A DNA stretch of 64,000 nucleotides from Longimicrobiales bacterium. Lineage in GTDB: Bacteria > Gemmatimonadota > Gemmatimonadetes > Longimicrobiales > Gaopeijiaceae. The stretch is from contig CBDBCF010000001.1 of the NCBI GenBank assembly GCA_965202985.1, positions 2,400,001 to 2,464,000 of the forward strand. Direction: 5' to 3'. The notes under the pieces were generated by a model that saw only the letters and a list, made by a program, of their open reading frames with translations, was not told the DNA's origin and did not search any database. Below are positions 9,980-22,346 of this stretch, one piece after another (the first letter of the stretch is position 1; the number at the start of each line of letters is the position of its first letter). Position numbers and translations under genes: made by a program.

Positions 9980-11143
9980 CTATCCACGGAGCAGGTCCTT
10001 GGCGATCGTTTGAAGCTGCATGTTGTCGGTCCCTTCGTAGATGGTGCCGATCTTGGCGTCGCGGTAGTACTTCTCCACGGGATACTCGCGAGTGAAGCCG
10101 TATCCGCCGTGCAGGTCGATGCACAGGGACGAGACGTACTGGGCCATCCTGGACGCGTGGAGCTTCGCCATGGCGGCCTCTCGCAGAAAGCGGGCGCCCG
10201 CGTCCTTCAGCCGCGCCGCATTGTACACCATCAGCCGCGCCGCCTCGATCCGGGTGGCGATCTCGGCCAGCTGGAATTGGACGCCCTGGAACGACGCCAC
10301 CGGGTGGCCGAACTGCTCCCGCTCCTGCACGTAGCGCAGGGTGTGGTCGAAGGCGCCTTGGGCCAACCCGACCATCTGGGCGCCGATCCCGATCCGCCCC
10401 TCGTTCAGCGTCTCGATCGCCACCTTGTAGCCGCGGCCCGGCTCGCCCAGCACGTCGGCCGCGGGCACGCGCACGTCGTCCAGGATCAGCTCCGTCGTGG
10501 ACGACGCGCGGATCCCCAGCTTGTCCTCGCGCTTGCCCACCGAGAACCCCGGCGCGTCTCTCTCCACCACGAACGCGGTGATGCCCTTGTAGCCGCGCTC
10601 GGGCTCGACGTTTCCGAAGACGATGAACAGCCCCGCCTCGGCGCCGTTGGTGATCCACATCTTGCGGCCGTTCAGCACCCAGTCGTCTCCGTCGCGCACC
10701 GCCCGAAGGGCCAGGGCGAATGCATCCGAGCCGCTTCCCGCTTCCGACAGGGCGTAGGCGCCCACGGTGCCCGCCGCCAAACGCGGCAGCCAGCGGCTCT
10801 GCTGGTCCGGCGTCGCCCACCTGAGCAGGGCGTTGGCCACCAAGGTGTTCTGGACATCCACCAGCACCGCCACCGAAGGGTCCACCCGCGACAGTTCCTC
10901 CACCACCAGCGTCGCGGTGAAGAAGGAGCTCTCCGCGCCTCCGTAGCATTCGGGGATCTCGATCCCCATGACTCCCAGCTGGAACAGGTGCGAGATCAGC
11001 TCGGCCCCGATCTCGTGGGCCGCGTCCATCTGCGCCACTCGGGGCGCCACCTCGGACTCCGCGAACTCGCGCACCGCGTCGCGGAACATCGCCTCTTCTT
11101 CGGAAAGGGTCGTGAGCGCTACCGGACGGGCCAGCGTGGTCAT
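9980..11143 (-). CDS. Acyl-CoA dehydrogenase (short/branched-chain type)
   Basis: GAYALSEAGSGSDA, LNGRKMWITNG, LNEGRIGIGAQ, YRDAKIGTIYEGT. Confidence 0.93.
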   Translation of the reverse strand: MTTLARPVALTTLSEEEAMFRDAVREFAESEVAPRVAQMDAAHEIGAELISHLFQLGVMGIEIPECYGGAESSFFTATLVVEELSRVDPSVAVLVDVQNTLVANALLRWATPDQQSRWLPRLAAGTVGAYALSEAGSGSDAFALALRAVRDGDDWVLNGRKMWITNGAEAGLFIVFGNVEPERGYKGITAFVVERDAPGFSVGKREDKLGIRASSTTELILDDVRVPAADVLGEPGRGYKVAIETLNEGRIGIGAQMVGLAQGAFDHTLRYVQEREQFGHPVASFQGVQFQLAEIATRIEAARLMVYNAARLKDAGARFLREAAMAKLHASRMAQYVSSLCIDLHGGYGFTREYPVEKYYRDAKIGTIYEGTDNMQLQTIAKDLLRG

Positions 11144-11390
11144 GCATTCTCCTTCGGGGCAGCCGTGGGACAGGGGAACGACCAATCTAACGCCCCGCAA
11201 CCCGCCGCCGCACGCCCGGACCGGCGCCCCCCTCGCGCTGGACACGGCGCCGCACGCGGACGGGTTGACGCACGCGCGCGTCGTACCTTTATATATTCCC
11301 GGCCCGCGACCGGACGTTCGCGACCGACCGGTCCGCCCCCGCCCGATCACCGAACCCCAGCCCAGACAAACCACTGCGGAGAACTGCCCC

Positions 11391-11780
11391 ATGTCCGACA
11401 TCCCCGACGGACTGCGGTACACCACGGAGCACGAGTACCTCAAAGAAACCGCCGAAGCCGGCGTCTACTTCGTCGGGATCACCGACTACGCCCAAGGCGA
11501 GCTGGGCGACGTGGTGTACGTGGAACTCCCCGAGCCCGGCGACAGCTTCGCGCACATGGAGACCTTCGGGACGATCGAAGCCGTCAAGGCGGTGAGCGAC
11601 CTGTACTCTCCGCTGGCCGGCGAAGTGGTGGCGGTCAACGCCGCGCTCGACGACGACCCGTCGCTGGTCAACAACGACCCCTACGGCGAAGGCTGGATGA
11701 TCAAGCTGCGGCTGGACGATCCCGGCGAAGTCGAGGAGCTCATGGACGGGGCGGCCTACGAGGTGCACGTCGGCGCCTAA
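11391..11780 (+). CDS. gcvH: Glycine cleavage system H protein
   Basis: [19 protein letters not shown], lipoyl-Lys in [21 protein letters not shown]. Confidence 0.96.
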   Translation: MSDIPDGLRYTTEHEYLKETAEAGVYFVGITDYAQGELGDVVYVELPEPGDSFAHMETFGTIEAVKAVSDLYSPLAGEVVAVNAALDDDPSLVNNDPYGEGWMIKLRLDDPGEVEELMDGAAYEVHVGA

Positions 11781-11808
11781 GCGCATCTCTGCGCCTTCCC
11801 ATCCGAAC

Positions 11809-14715
<2,907 letters not shown>

Positions 14716-14720
14716 TCCCC

Positions 14721-15407
14721 TTGGCCAAACTGACCTTTCGCGGCCACGCCACCTTCACCGCGGAGACGAACGACGGGACCCGCCTGGTGGTGGACCCCTA
14801 CTTCGACGAAAACCCGGCCGCCGACGTGAAGCGCGCCGACGTGGGTCCCCTGGACTACGTGTTCTGCACGCACGGTCACACCGACCACTTTGCCGACGCG
14901 ATACCGCTTGCCTTGGAGACCGAGGCGACGTTGGTGTCCACTTACGAGATCGCCGCGTTCGCCGAGTACAAGGGCGTCGAGAAGGCGCATCCGATGCACG
15001 TCGGGGGCGGCTGGGACTTCCCGTTCGGTCGGGCCAAGATGACCGTGGCGGTGCACGGAGGGCAGGTCCACGGGGACGAGACCGGCCGCTACACCACCGT
15101 GCCCGGGGGCTTCCTGCTGAACCTGGACGGGACCCGCGTGTACCACGCCGGCGACACCGGGCTGACCCTGGACATGCAGCTGCTCAAGGGCGAAGTGGAC
15201 GTGGCGCTGCTGCCGATCGGCGACAACTTCACCATGGGGCCCGAAGACGCGGCGCGCGCCGTGGAGTTCGTCGAGCCCCGGCTGGTGGTGCCGATGCACT
15301 ACGGGACTTGGCCCCTGGTCGAGCAGGACCCGGAGCGGTTCCGGGACTTGGTGGGCGACCGGGCCGCCGTGAAGGTCATGGAACCGGGAGAGGACTTGGC
15401 CCTCTGA
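14721..15407 (+). CDS. Metallo-beta-lactamase fold metal-dependent hydrolase (UPF0173-like)
   Basis: TTG start after GAAGGAG. FRGHA, THGHTDHFAD, YHAGDTG, PIGDNFTMGP, PMHYGTW. Confidence 0.9.
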   Translation: MAKLTFRGHATFTAETNDGTRLVVDPYFDENPAADVKRADVGPLDYVFCTHGHTDHFADAIPLALETEATLVSTYEIAAFAEYKGVEKAHPMHVGGGWDFPFGRAKMTVAVHGGQVHGDETGRYTTVPGGFLLNLDGTRVYHAGDTGLTLDMQLLKGEVDVALLPIGDNFTMGPEDAARAVEFVEPRLVVPMHYGTWPLVEQDPERFRDLVGDRAAVKVMEPGEDLAL

Positions 15408-16213
15408 CGCCTCCGCAGGGGGGCGCGCTCCGCTGGCGGATGCTGGTGGACGATCCCCGTACCGGCGCGGCCAACATGGCTCGCGACCATGCCCTTGCCG
15501 CCGCCTCCGCCAAGGGGACGGGCACGGTTCGCTTCTACCGATGGGCGCCGGCCACGCTGTCGTTCGGCCGCAACGAACCCGTGACCGTCGGCTACCGCAA
15601 GCTGCTGCGCGACCATCCGGAGATGGGCGTGGTGCGACGTCCCACCGGCGGGCGCGCCGTCATCCACGACCGCGAACTCACGTACGCCGTCGTGTTCCCG
15701 ACGCGCGCCATGGGGGGAATGCGGGAAGCGTACGGCCGGATCAACGCCGGCCTGGTGGACGGGTTGCGCCGATTGGGCGTGGACGCTCGAAGCGCTCCCG
15801 GCGACCCCGCTCCGGCCGGTCCCGGCGCCGGTCCGTGCTTTCTGGGGTCGGTGGCGGGCGAAGTCGCCGTGGGGCGACGCAAGCTCGTGGGCAGCGCCCA
15901 GACGCGCCTTGGGAGCGCCGTCCTCCAGCACGGGTCTCTCTTGTTGGAGGCCGACCAAGGCCCGCTCGTCCATGGACTTGGCGCGGCGGAGAACAACGGG
16001 CGTCCATCCAACGGCGTCGCTTCGCCGGTGACGTTGGCGGAGCTGCTGGACCCGGTTCCCTCGTGGGAGGCGCTGGTGCAGGCCCTGGGGCGGGGACTGG
16101 CCGGGGCGCTGGGCGGCGACTGGGAGGAAGGCGGGATGAGCGACCGGGAGGCCGCCCTGGCGGAAGGGCTGGAGGCTCGATACGGTTCCCACGAATGGAC
16201 GTGGCGAAGGTGA
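15404..16213 (+). CDS. Lipoate-protein ligase / octanoyltransferase (LipM-like)
   Basis: NMARDHAL, RFYRWAPATLSFGRN, VRRPTGGRAVIHD, RKLVGSAQ, LQHGSL. Adjacent to gcvHP. Start uncertain (15404 or 15440). Confidence 0.85.
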   Translation: MTPPQGGALRWRMLVDDPRTGAANMARDHALAAASAKGTGTVRFYRWAPATLSFGRNEPVTVGYRKLLRDHPEMGVVRRPTGGRAVIHDRELTYAVVFPTRAMGGMREAYGRINAGLVDGLRRLGVDARSAPGDPAPAGPGAGPCFLGSVAGEVAVGRRKLVGSAQTRLGSAVLQHGSLLLEADQGPLVHGLGAAENNGRPSNGVASPVTLAELLDPVPSWEALVQALGRGLAGALGGDWEEGGMSDREAALAEGLEARYGSHEWTWRR

Positions 16214-16252
16214 CGCCGCGGCGGGTCGGGCGCGTCCCTCTTGCGGCCTATG

Positions 16253-16281
16253 TTGACTTTGCCCCCGCGGGCGTTCATCTT
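16253..16281 (+). promoter_or_regulatory. Putative sigma70 promoter upstream of the exbB-like gene
   Basis: TTGACT-N17-CATCTT. Confidence 0.4.
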
Positions 16282-16385
16282 GCCAAGTCTTGCACGTCGG
16301 CCTGCGATGGCCGAAAATCCACCGTCGCGCCGGAGGGCGCGGCCAACGCCAACCATCTGCACAGGACCGAAAGCGGGAGGTTCCT

Positions 16386-17093
16386 TTGACCAGCTTCACG
16401 ACAATCTACGGAGCGATCCTCCAACTGCCGGGCGTCGAAGCCCCGGACCTCACCTTCACCGAGCAGATCGCGCAGGCGTGGCAGGACGCCGGGATCATGC
16501 GCTGGCCTTTGGGCTTGTGTCTCCTGGTGGGGATCATCGTCATCATCTGGAAGTTCTTCGACCTCCTGAGCAAGAGCGGCTCGACGAGGAAGATCCTCCG
16601 GGAGGTGGACGAGCTTCTGAGCCAGCGCCGCACCAAGGAGGCGTTGGAGATCACCCGCGAGTCGAACTCGCCGGCGGCCAACATCCTCTACGCGGGGCTG
16701 GACCGGCAGGACGAGGGGACCGACCGCGTCACGAAGGCGATCGAGAACCAGGGCCTGATCGAGCTCAGCAAGCTGGAGAGCGGCTTGGTCGTGCTGGCCA
16801 CGCTGACCAACGTGGCCCCGCTGCTGGGCTTCCTGGGCACGGTCATGGGCATGATCGCCGCCTTCCAGGCGATCGAGCTGGCGGGCGAGGTGGACGCCCA
16901 GACGGTCGCGTCGGGGATCAAGATCGCCCTGACCACCACCGCCGCCGGCCTGGCGATCGCCATCCCGGTGAGCATCGCCCACAACTACTTCGTCTCGCGG
17001 ATCGACCACCTCGTGATCGACATGGAAGAGTCGGCGCAGAAGATGATCGACGCCCTCTTCGCCATGCAGGCTGGCAGGTCCGCCGGCGGTTGA
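16386..17093 (+). CDS. MotA/TolQ/ExbB proton channel family protein
   Basis: APLLGFLGTVMGMI, GIKIALTTTAAGLAIAIP. TTG start after GGGAGG. Confidence 0.9.
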   Translation: MTSFTTIYGAILQLPGVEAPDLTFTEQIAQAWQDAGIMRWPLGLCLLVGIIVIIWKFFDLLSKSGSTRKILREVDELLSQRRTKEALEITRESNSPAANILYAGLDRQDEGTDRVTKAIENQGLIELSKLESGLVVLATLTNVAPLLGFLGTVMGMIAAFQAIELAGEVDAQTVASGIKIALTTTAAGLAIAIPVSIAHNYFVSRIDHLVIDMEESAQKMIDALFAMQAGRSAGG

Positions 17094-19606
17094 TGGCCGC
17101 TTTCCGGCGCGGAAAGCCGGAGCAGCACCGAATGGGGGTACCAAGGAGGGGGGTCGCGCTGGGGGGCGTGGTCCCCCTTCTTGCGTTCGGATGCATGGCC
17201 GTCGGCGCCTCCTTGTGCGCCGGCGCAGCCCAGACCGCCGGCGCGGGTCCGAGTTCGCAGGTCCCCGAGACCGTTCGTCGCGACCTGGAGGCCGGGCGCT
17301 ACTGGAACGCCAGCCGCGCCCTGAAGGACCACTTGGCGCCGGTGGCGTCGGCGTCGATTCCGGACCGGCTCGTGTTGGCGGACGCCCACGCCGGCTGGAG
17401 GAACTGGGCGGGAGCTGTGGAGGCGCTCGTCGCCGGGGGTCCCGACACCGACGACGCCCCAGCCCGCTACTGGTACGTGCTGGGGACCGCCCGCCACATG
17501 CTGGGCGAGGCCGAGGCGGCGGCGGAGGCGCTGGCACGGTTCGTCGCCTCGTCGCCCGGAGGCTCTTCGGAGGCGGTTGCCGCGCGGTCGCGCCTGGTCC
17601 GGTTGTGGGCCGAGGCCGGGGCAGGGGCGTTGGTGGAGGTTGCTTCCGCAGGCGGCGGGGAAGACGCGAGGGGCGGGGCCAGTGCCGAGGCCGGGGCAGG
17701 GGGTGTGGATTTCGGGCGCGCCAGCGACGTCGCGGACTCGCTTGCGCAGGCCGTGGCCGAGCTTCGGGCGGTGTCGCCGGCGGTGGCCGGCTGGACGGCG
17801 CTGGAGGCGGCCCGGACTATGGCCGGGGCGGGGGCTGCGGAGGCCGTGTCGCGCCTGCTCGGCTTGGTGAGCGATGCGGAAGTGCGAAGCCGGGGGTGGA
17901 GCCTGGAGATCGACGCCTGGTTGAGCGCGGCCGACACCGCCAAGGCGTTGGAGGCGCTGGTCGAGTTGCGTCGGGCAGGAGACGGAGCGAGTGCGTCGGA
18001 CGGGCCGGACGCCGTGGCGCTCTTGGGCCGGGAATGGCGCTACCGACGGGCGCTGGGGGACGCGGAGGGCGCCGTTCGCGCCATGAAGGGCGTCTTGACG
18101 GGCACGACCCGGGGCACGGTGGCCAAGGACGCCGCGCTTGCCCTGTGGGAGGCGCAGGGCGCGCAGGGCTTGGACGCCGACGAACTGCGGCGCGTCGCCA
18201 CGGCGGCGGGCGCCGGCCGCGAGTACGGGACTGCCGTGCGGGCTTGGCGGGCGGCCCAAAGCGCCGGAGCCGTGCTGGAAGAATCCGAGCGAATGGCGCT
18301 TGCCCGGGCGCTCAACGGCAGTCGCGACCGGAACGGTGCCGTGCAGATCTACCGCGACCTGTCCGTGTCCTCCGACGCCGCGATCGCCGCCCGAGCGTTG
18401 CGCGCATGGGCCGACATCCGCCGCGTGCAGGGCCGTCGCCAGGACTTGGCCACCTTGGAAGACCGTCTTGTGGACCGATTCCCCGGCAGCGCCCAAGCCC
18501 TGGACGTGGTCTTCTTCCGGGCCGACGACCACCACGACGCCGGTCGTCTGACCCAAGCCAAGGACCGGTACCGACAGGTCGTGTCGATGTCGCCGTCCGC
18601 CGACCGCGCCGGCCTGGCGCGAATGAGGTGGGGCCAGATTCACGTCTCCAACGGCGAGCTTGATGCCGCGGCCGAAGTCTACCAAGGCTACTTGGCAGAA
18701 TTTCCGAACGGGCGGCGATGGGAAGAGGCCGCCTTCTGGGGTGCCCGTGCGGCTCGGGCGGTCGGCGACATGGCCTGGGCCGCCGCCGCGACGGCCCGCC
18801 TGCGAGCAGAAAGTCCCCTTTCCTACTACGTCGCCGTCGGCGGGGACCCGGAGAACGTGTTCGCCGCACTGCCGGAGGGTTCCGCGTTGGAGGACCCCGG
18901 TTGGCTGTCTTGGGAGCTGGAGGTCTTATCGCTACTGGAAGAGGCGGGGCTGGACGAAGGCGCCGCCGCGCACCTGGACGCCATGATCAAGACCGCCTGG
19001 GAGTCGGACGATGTGCTGCTTCGCCTGGCGGTCGCCTTCGGCGAGGAAGGGCGTTCCCGCGACGGCATCAACTTGGGATGGGAGCTGCGTCGCCGAGGGA
19101 AGGCGTGGGACCGGCGTCTGCTGCGGGTCGTGTTCCCTTTTCCGCACTCGGACTTGGTCGGGACTCGGGCGCGCGAGCTGGAGCTGGATCCGTACCTCTT
19201 GGCCGCGATCGTTCGCCAGGAGAGCGCGTTCCAGGCCGACGTCGTGTCGGCAGCCGGCGCCGTCGGGCTCATGCAAGTCATGCCGGCGACCGGCAAGGAG
19301 CTGGCTCGCAAGGTCGGGCCACGCGGCTTTCTGCAGGAGTTCCTGACCGTGCCGGAGCTGAACGTGCACCTGGGCGCCGCGTACTTGGCGGACCTGCTCC
19401 GCCGCTACGACGGCGACATCCCCTTGGTGCTGTCGGCCTACAACGCCGGCCCCACGCGGGCCAACCGTTGGCGGCGACTGCCCCAAGCAGGCGATCCGTT
19501 GCGCTTCACCGAACGCATCCCCTTCCGGGAAACGCGCGACTACGTGAAGAACGTGACCCGAAACCGAGCCCTGTACCGATGGCTCTACGGACCAAGGCCG
19601 CAATGA
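17093..19606 (+). CDS. Slt70-like lytic transglycosylase with TPR-like helical N-terminal region
   Basis: AIVRQESAF, GAVGLMQVMPAT, LSAYNAGP, IPFRETRDYVKNV. Confidence 0.88.
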   Translation: MAAFRRGKPEQHRMGVPRRGVALGGVVPLLAFGCMAVGASLCAGAAQTAGAGPSSQVPETVRRDLEAGRYWNASRALKDHLAPVASASIPDRLVLADAHAGWRNWAGAVEALVAGGPDTDDAPARYWYVLGTARHMLGEAEAAAEALARFVASSPGGSSEAVAARSRLVRLWAEAGAGALVEVASAGGGEDARGGASAEAGAGGVDFGRASDVADSLAQAVAELRAVSPAVAGWTALEAARTMAGAGAAEAVSRLLGLVSDAEVRSRGWSLEIDAWLSAADTAKALEALVELRRAGDGASASDGPDAVALLGREWRYRRALGDAEGAVRAMKGVLTGTTRGTVAKDAALALWEAQGAQGLDADELRRVATAAGAGREYGTAVRAWRAAQSAGAVLEESERMALARALNGSRDRNGAVQIYRDLSVSSDAAIAARALRAWADIRRVQGRRQDLATLEDRLVDRFPGSAQALDVVFFRADDHHDAGRLTQAKDRYRQVVSMSPSADRAGLARMRWGQIHVSNGELDAAAEVYQGYLAEFPNGRRWEEAAFWGARAARAVGDMAWAAAATARLRAESPLSYYVAVGGDPENVFAALPEGSALEDPGWLSWELEVLSLLEEAGLDEGAAAHLDAMIKTAWESDDVLLRLAVAFGEEGRSRDGINLGWELRRRGKAWDRRLLRVVFPFPHSDLVGTRARELELDPYLLAAIVRQESAFQADVVSAAGAVGLMQVMPATGKELARKVGPRGFLQEFLTVPELNVHLGAAYLADLLRRYDGDIPLVLSAYNAGPTRANRWRRLPQAGDPLRFTERIPFRETRDYVKNVTRNRALYRWLYGPRPQ

Positions 19607-20199
19607 CGAACCCTCGATTCACGATGAAGCAAACGCCGTTGTCGCTGGTTGCCCCCATTGCTGTTGCCGTCGTCGTCCTGGCGGTGCCCGGTTGCGCGCC
19701 CATGGGCGACGAGCCGACCGACCCCGACCCCGACGTCTCGGCACCGACGGCCAGTGCCCGCCATCTCCCAAACGACGCCGACCGGGAAGCCGTCCTGGCC
19801 ACGGTCCAGTCGATCTTCGACGCCCTGGCCGCGGGCGACGGCGAGACGCTGCGGCGCGTCATGCACCCCCAGGTCCTGATGCACTCGGTGGAGCGCTCCG
19901 CCGACGGCGCCAGAAGCATCTCCATGTCCACCTTGGAGGACCTGATCGCCCGCGTGGAGGGCAGCGACGCCGTGCTTACCGAGCGCATGTTCGACCCGGA
20001 GGTGCGCGTCAGCGGCGATCTTGCCATGGTGTGGACGCCCTACGACTTCTACGTGGGCGACCAGCTCAGCCACTGCGGCGCCGACGGCCTCCTGCTGGCG
20101 CGCAACCCCCAAACGGAGAGGTGGCAGATCATCTCGCTGTCGTGGACCCGTCTGCAACCGCCCGAGTGCGAGCTGCATCCGGAGGGGCCGCCGGGGTAG
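19603..20199 (+). CDS. NTF2-like (DUF4440/SnoaL-like) lipoprotein
   Basis: Lipoprotein-like signal VLAVPGC; ERMFDPEVRVSGDLAMVWTPYDFYVGDQLSHCG. Confidence 0.7.
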   Translation: MTNPRFTMKQTPLSLVAPIAVAVVVLAVPGCAPMGDEPTDPDPDVSAPTASARHLPNDADREAVLATVQSIFDALAAGDGETLRRVMHPQVLMHSVERSADGARSISMSTLEDLIARVEGSDAVLTERMFDPEVRVSGDLAMVWTPYDFYVGDQLSHCGADGLLLARNPQTERWQIISLSWTRLQPPECELHPEGPPG

Positions 20200-20285
20200 G
20201 GAGGCGGGGGGCGGGCGGCGTAGGTCGGGCGTTGTGGGGGTAGGCGCGGCCGCTCCGCGGATCCTGGGGCCGGCCGCTTCTTCTT

Positions 20286-20321
20286 TTCTGCGATATTTGC
20301 TATATTCGCTATATCGCAGAA
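20286..20321. promoter_or_regulatory. Perfect 11-bp inverted repeat (candidate operator) upstream of the TIR gene
   Basis: TTCTGCGATAT-N14-ATATCGCAGAA in an AT-rich patch, 11 bp before the AAGGAGG RBS. Confidence 0.6.
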
Positions 20322-20348
20322 TTCTCACGCACAAGGAGGAACCGCCAT

Positions 20349-21525
20349 ATGACCCACATGGACAGTCGCCCGCAGTTCGCCCTCTTATGTCGCCCGGCGC
20401 ACCGACTTCGAGTTCGGCGACCACATCGCGAAGCGCTTCCGTCGCCGCTGGGGCACGGACCCCTACCGCCAGATCGTCGGAGGCGACGGCGTCGACGCGT
20501 TGCCAAGACACGCCCGTGCGCCAAGTGCCATGCTGCCGATAGACTGGGACGCGAGCGGTGCCACGGCGGTCGTCGTGCTCATGGATCGGTTCTTTGCGGC
20601 CCAAGGAGCTTGGGTCGATTACGTCCGTGAGCTTGCGGAGGAGGCAGATGCTCGCGGATTCGCCTGTCGCGTCTTCCCCGTCGCGATGGAGTCGGAAGTT
20701 CTGAATGCCCTGGATGGTCAGCTCCCCATTCAGGCCCTTGATTGGACGGAATTCGCTACCAGCGACTCGGACCGCGAGCGGCGCCTGATTTGCGAATTGC
20801 TCCACCAGTTCTGCAGAATGCTCCGGTACCGACTACGGCCGAAGCCGTACCAGCCAGCGACCTTGGACGACTACATGAGGGAGAAAGTCCGCATTTTCAT
20901 CAGCTACCGTCGCGACGATCAACAGGGCCGGGAAACCGCTCGGCGGATCCATGAATGGGTCCACAGCAACAGCGACCTGGACACCTTCTTCGACGTCGTC
21001 AGCGTACCGCCGGGCGTGCCCTTCTCGGAAGTCATCTACGATGCAATTCCGGACTCCGTCATGGTTGTCTGCTACTCGGACTCGTATTCTTCAAGCCAGT
21101 GGTGCCGTCGCGAGGTCGTCGAAGCAAAGCGACATGGAATCCCCATGATCGTCCTCGACTGCCTCCAAGACATGGACCCACGCATGTTTCCGTATCTCGG
21201 GAACGTGCCGGTAATCCGCGTCGACCCCGAACAGGGGTGCCCCTGGGCCGAACGAGTCGTCACCGTGCTGCTTGAAGAAGTCTTCCGCGATCTACTTTGG
21301 AAGTGCAGAGTGGCTCCTTTCGAGCACGAGGATGCTGGAGTAGCCTTTACGTCTCGGAAGCCCGAACTGTGTTTGCTTGCAGCCTTCTCCAGATCGGGCC
21401 GGACCCGGCCTTCCGTCGTTTATCCCGGACCTTCGATTGGTGCAGAGGAGGAAAGGTTGTTTGCCGACATCGACCCGAGCGTGCAGCTTCACACGCTTGA
21501 CGATTGGACACGGAGGCACGCATGA
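20349..21525 (+). CDS. TIR-domain protein (apparent +1 frameshift near 20385)
   Basis: RIFISYRRDD...TFFDVVSVPPG...SDSYSSSQWCRREVVEAK retains the catalytic Glu. The RBS-linked ATG 20349 is out of frame with the body by one base. Confidence 0.8.
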
Positions 21526-22346
21526 ACACGGCTCTGCATCCACCGCGAGCCATCGCCGTCTCGGTCTCCGACAGCCCGGACACCGACGGACTGGGAGTCA
21601 GCGTGGACCATGTGTGGGACACGTTCGTGGAGCTTGTCATAGAACTTCTGGCCTCGGGAGTGGACTTGGCCTACGGCGGCGACCTTCGCGAGCGGGGTTT
21701 CACCGAAGTGCTCTTCGAGCTGGCAGGACGGTACCGGCGACCCGGCCAAACGGCGATTCGCGTGACCAACTACTTCGCGTGGCCTGTGCACATTCGGATG
21801 TCCACGAGCGACTTGGACGAAGTTGCGGCCAGCGTGGACCACGTCGCGCATCTGGCCTTTGTCGGACTCAACGGCACACGGATGTCTGCCGACGTGCGCC
21901 GAAAGCTCCCGTCATGCGAGCCAAGCGATAGGGACTGGCGGTCAGGTCTGACAAGCATGCGGACGACGATGCGAACCGAGACAAGCGGTCGAATAGCCAT
22001 CGGTGGCCAAGTCGAGAACTACAAGGGCAAGATGCCGGGCATTGCCGAGGAGGCATTGCTGTCGTTGAAGGCCAGGCAGCCCTTGTTCCTGGTGGGAGGG
22101 TTCGGCGGTTGTACTCGCGACATAGCGGAGACGCTCGGTTTGGTCGATCCGTGGAACGACCCTCGGGATTGGCCGGAGCGCCAGCGCTTCGAGGGCTACA
22201 CGGCCGACGACTTGATGAATGGCCTCACGGACGACGAAAATCGAACACTGGCTCGGACGCCCTTCATCGGTCAGGCCCGGCAGCTCGTCATGCTAGGCTT
22301 GCACCGGCTGTTCCACCACGACAGCCGTGTTCCTCTGTCTTCGTGA
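21522..22346 (+). CDS. SLOG superfamily protein (SLOG cluster-2-like)
   Basis: [31 protein letters not shown]...RIAIGG...[10 protein letters not shown]...[14 protein letters not shown] overlap with the TIR stop. Confidence 0.78.
   Translation: MNTALHPPRAIAVSVSDSPDTDGLGVSVDHVWDTFVELVIELLASGVDLAYGGDLRERGFTEVLFELAGRYRRPGQTAIRVTNYFAWPVHIRMSTSDLDEVAASVDHVAHLAFVGLNGTRMSADVRRKLPSCEPSDRDWRSGLTSMRTTMRTETSGRIAIGGQVENYKGKMPGIAEEALLSLKARQPLFLVGGFGGCTRDIAETLGLVDPWNDPRDWPERQRFEGYTADDLMNGLTDDENRTLARTPFIGQARQLVMLGLHRLFHHDSRVPLSS

Noticed and set aside
7758..11147. Giant ORFs such as 7758-11147, 41081-47137 and 48992-54301 as single proteins
   Set aside because: Only their C-terminal parts are real genes; the N-terminal extensions overlap other genes in other frames.
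11144..11390. Glycine riboswitch upstream of gcvH
   Set aside because: The conserved GGAGA...CCGAAG...CUCUCAGG elements are not present.
17608..17703. Direct repeat GCCGAGGCCGGGGCAGGGG within the Slt gene
   Set aside because: An in-frame low-complexity linker duplication with no sign of separate function.
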